Part shown: piece after piece, positions 63,677-64,000 of the stretch
Layout of the letters: each line of letters starts with the position of its first letter
How positions within the stretch are numbered: position 1 is the first letter of the stretch
NCBI RefSeq assembly: GCF_964188315.1
Contig: NC_135658.1
Span: 98,208,001 to 98,272,000, forward strand
DNA length: 64,000 bases
Source: Podarcis muralis
Taxonomy: Eukaryota
Direction: 5' to 3'
Made by a program: the position numbers and the translations under genes
Notes under the pieces: generated by a model
The model's input: the letters and a program-made list of their open reading frames with translations, nothing else
What the model was told of the DNA's origin: nothing
The model's database searches: none

Positions 63677-63692
63677 GTTCCTTCTTCTAGTA

Positions 63693-63972
63693 CAGGGGTC
63701 TGCAACCTTTAAGACAAAAAGAGCCACTTGGACCCGTTTCCGAAGAAAAAAACAACTGGGAGCCGCAAAACCGGGAAGGTGGCGTTGGGACAGTGCGTGA
63801 CTAACGCACGCACCGCCCCCATGCGACGTCACAGCCAGTACAGCGCCCGCCACAGTGGGGAGTGTCGGGGTGCACGGTGCGCCTCCTCCCCTTGCTAGTA
63901 TCCGTCCCGGAGCCGCAGCCAAGGTGTAAAAGAGCCACATGCGGCTCGGGAGCCGCGGGTTGCAGACCCCTG
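63693..63972. mobile_element. hAT MITE
   Basis: TIR CAGGGGTCTGCAACC with perfect 8-bp TSD TTCTAGTA. Confidence 0.9.
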
Positions 63973-64000
63973 TTCTAGTATAAGGCATATAAGAATAGTT

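Overview
Eukaryotic genomic DNA from a squamate reptile. The Sauria-SINE, Bov-B and Penelope content suggests a lacertid lizard, but the species is an inference. Two genes lie on the minus strand. KLF5 has coding exons 1-3 at 25674-25856, 21007-21874 and 19226-19285 under a CpG-island promoter at ~24.75-26.62 kb. Its last zinc-finger exon was not found, so intron 3 appears to exceed 19 kb and run off the left edge. About 20 kb upstream sit the last two coding exons of PIBF1 (50277-50450 and 46260-46316), the same PIBF1-KLF5 order as in human. The rest is intronic or intergenic and rich in transposons: about 10 near-full Sauria SINEs in three subtypes, 5'-truncated Bov-B/RTE, L2, CR1, L1 and Rex1-like fragments, and many TA-flanked Tc1/mariner-Tigger MITEs and 8-bp-TSD hAT MITEs. 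The most notable structure is in the PIBF1 intron at 58.8-62.3 kb. Two Penelope-like insertions there carry three minimal type-I hammerhead ribozyme motifs. One insertion is a 174-bp fold-back interrupted by a hAT element. The other hosts a nested SINE and a nested Bov-B. No prokaryotic-type system, CRISPR array, rRNA or true tRNA gene was seen.
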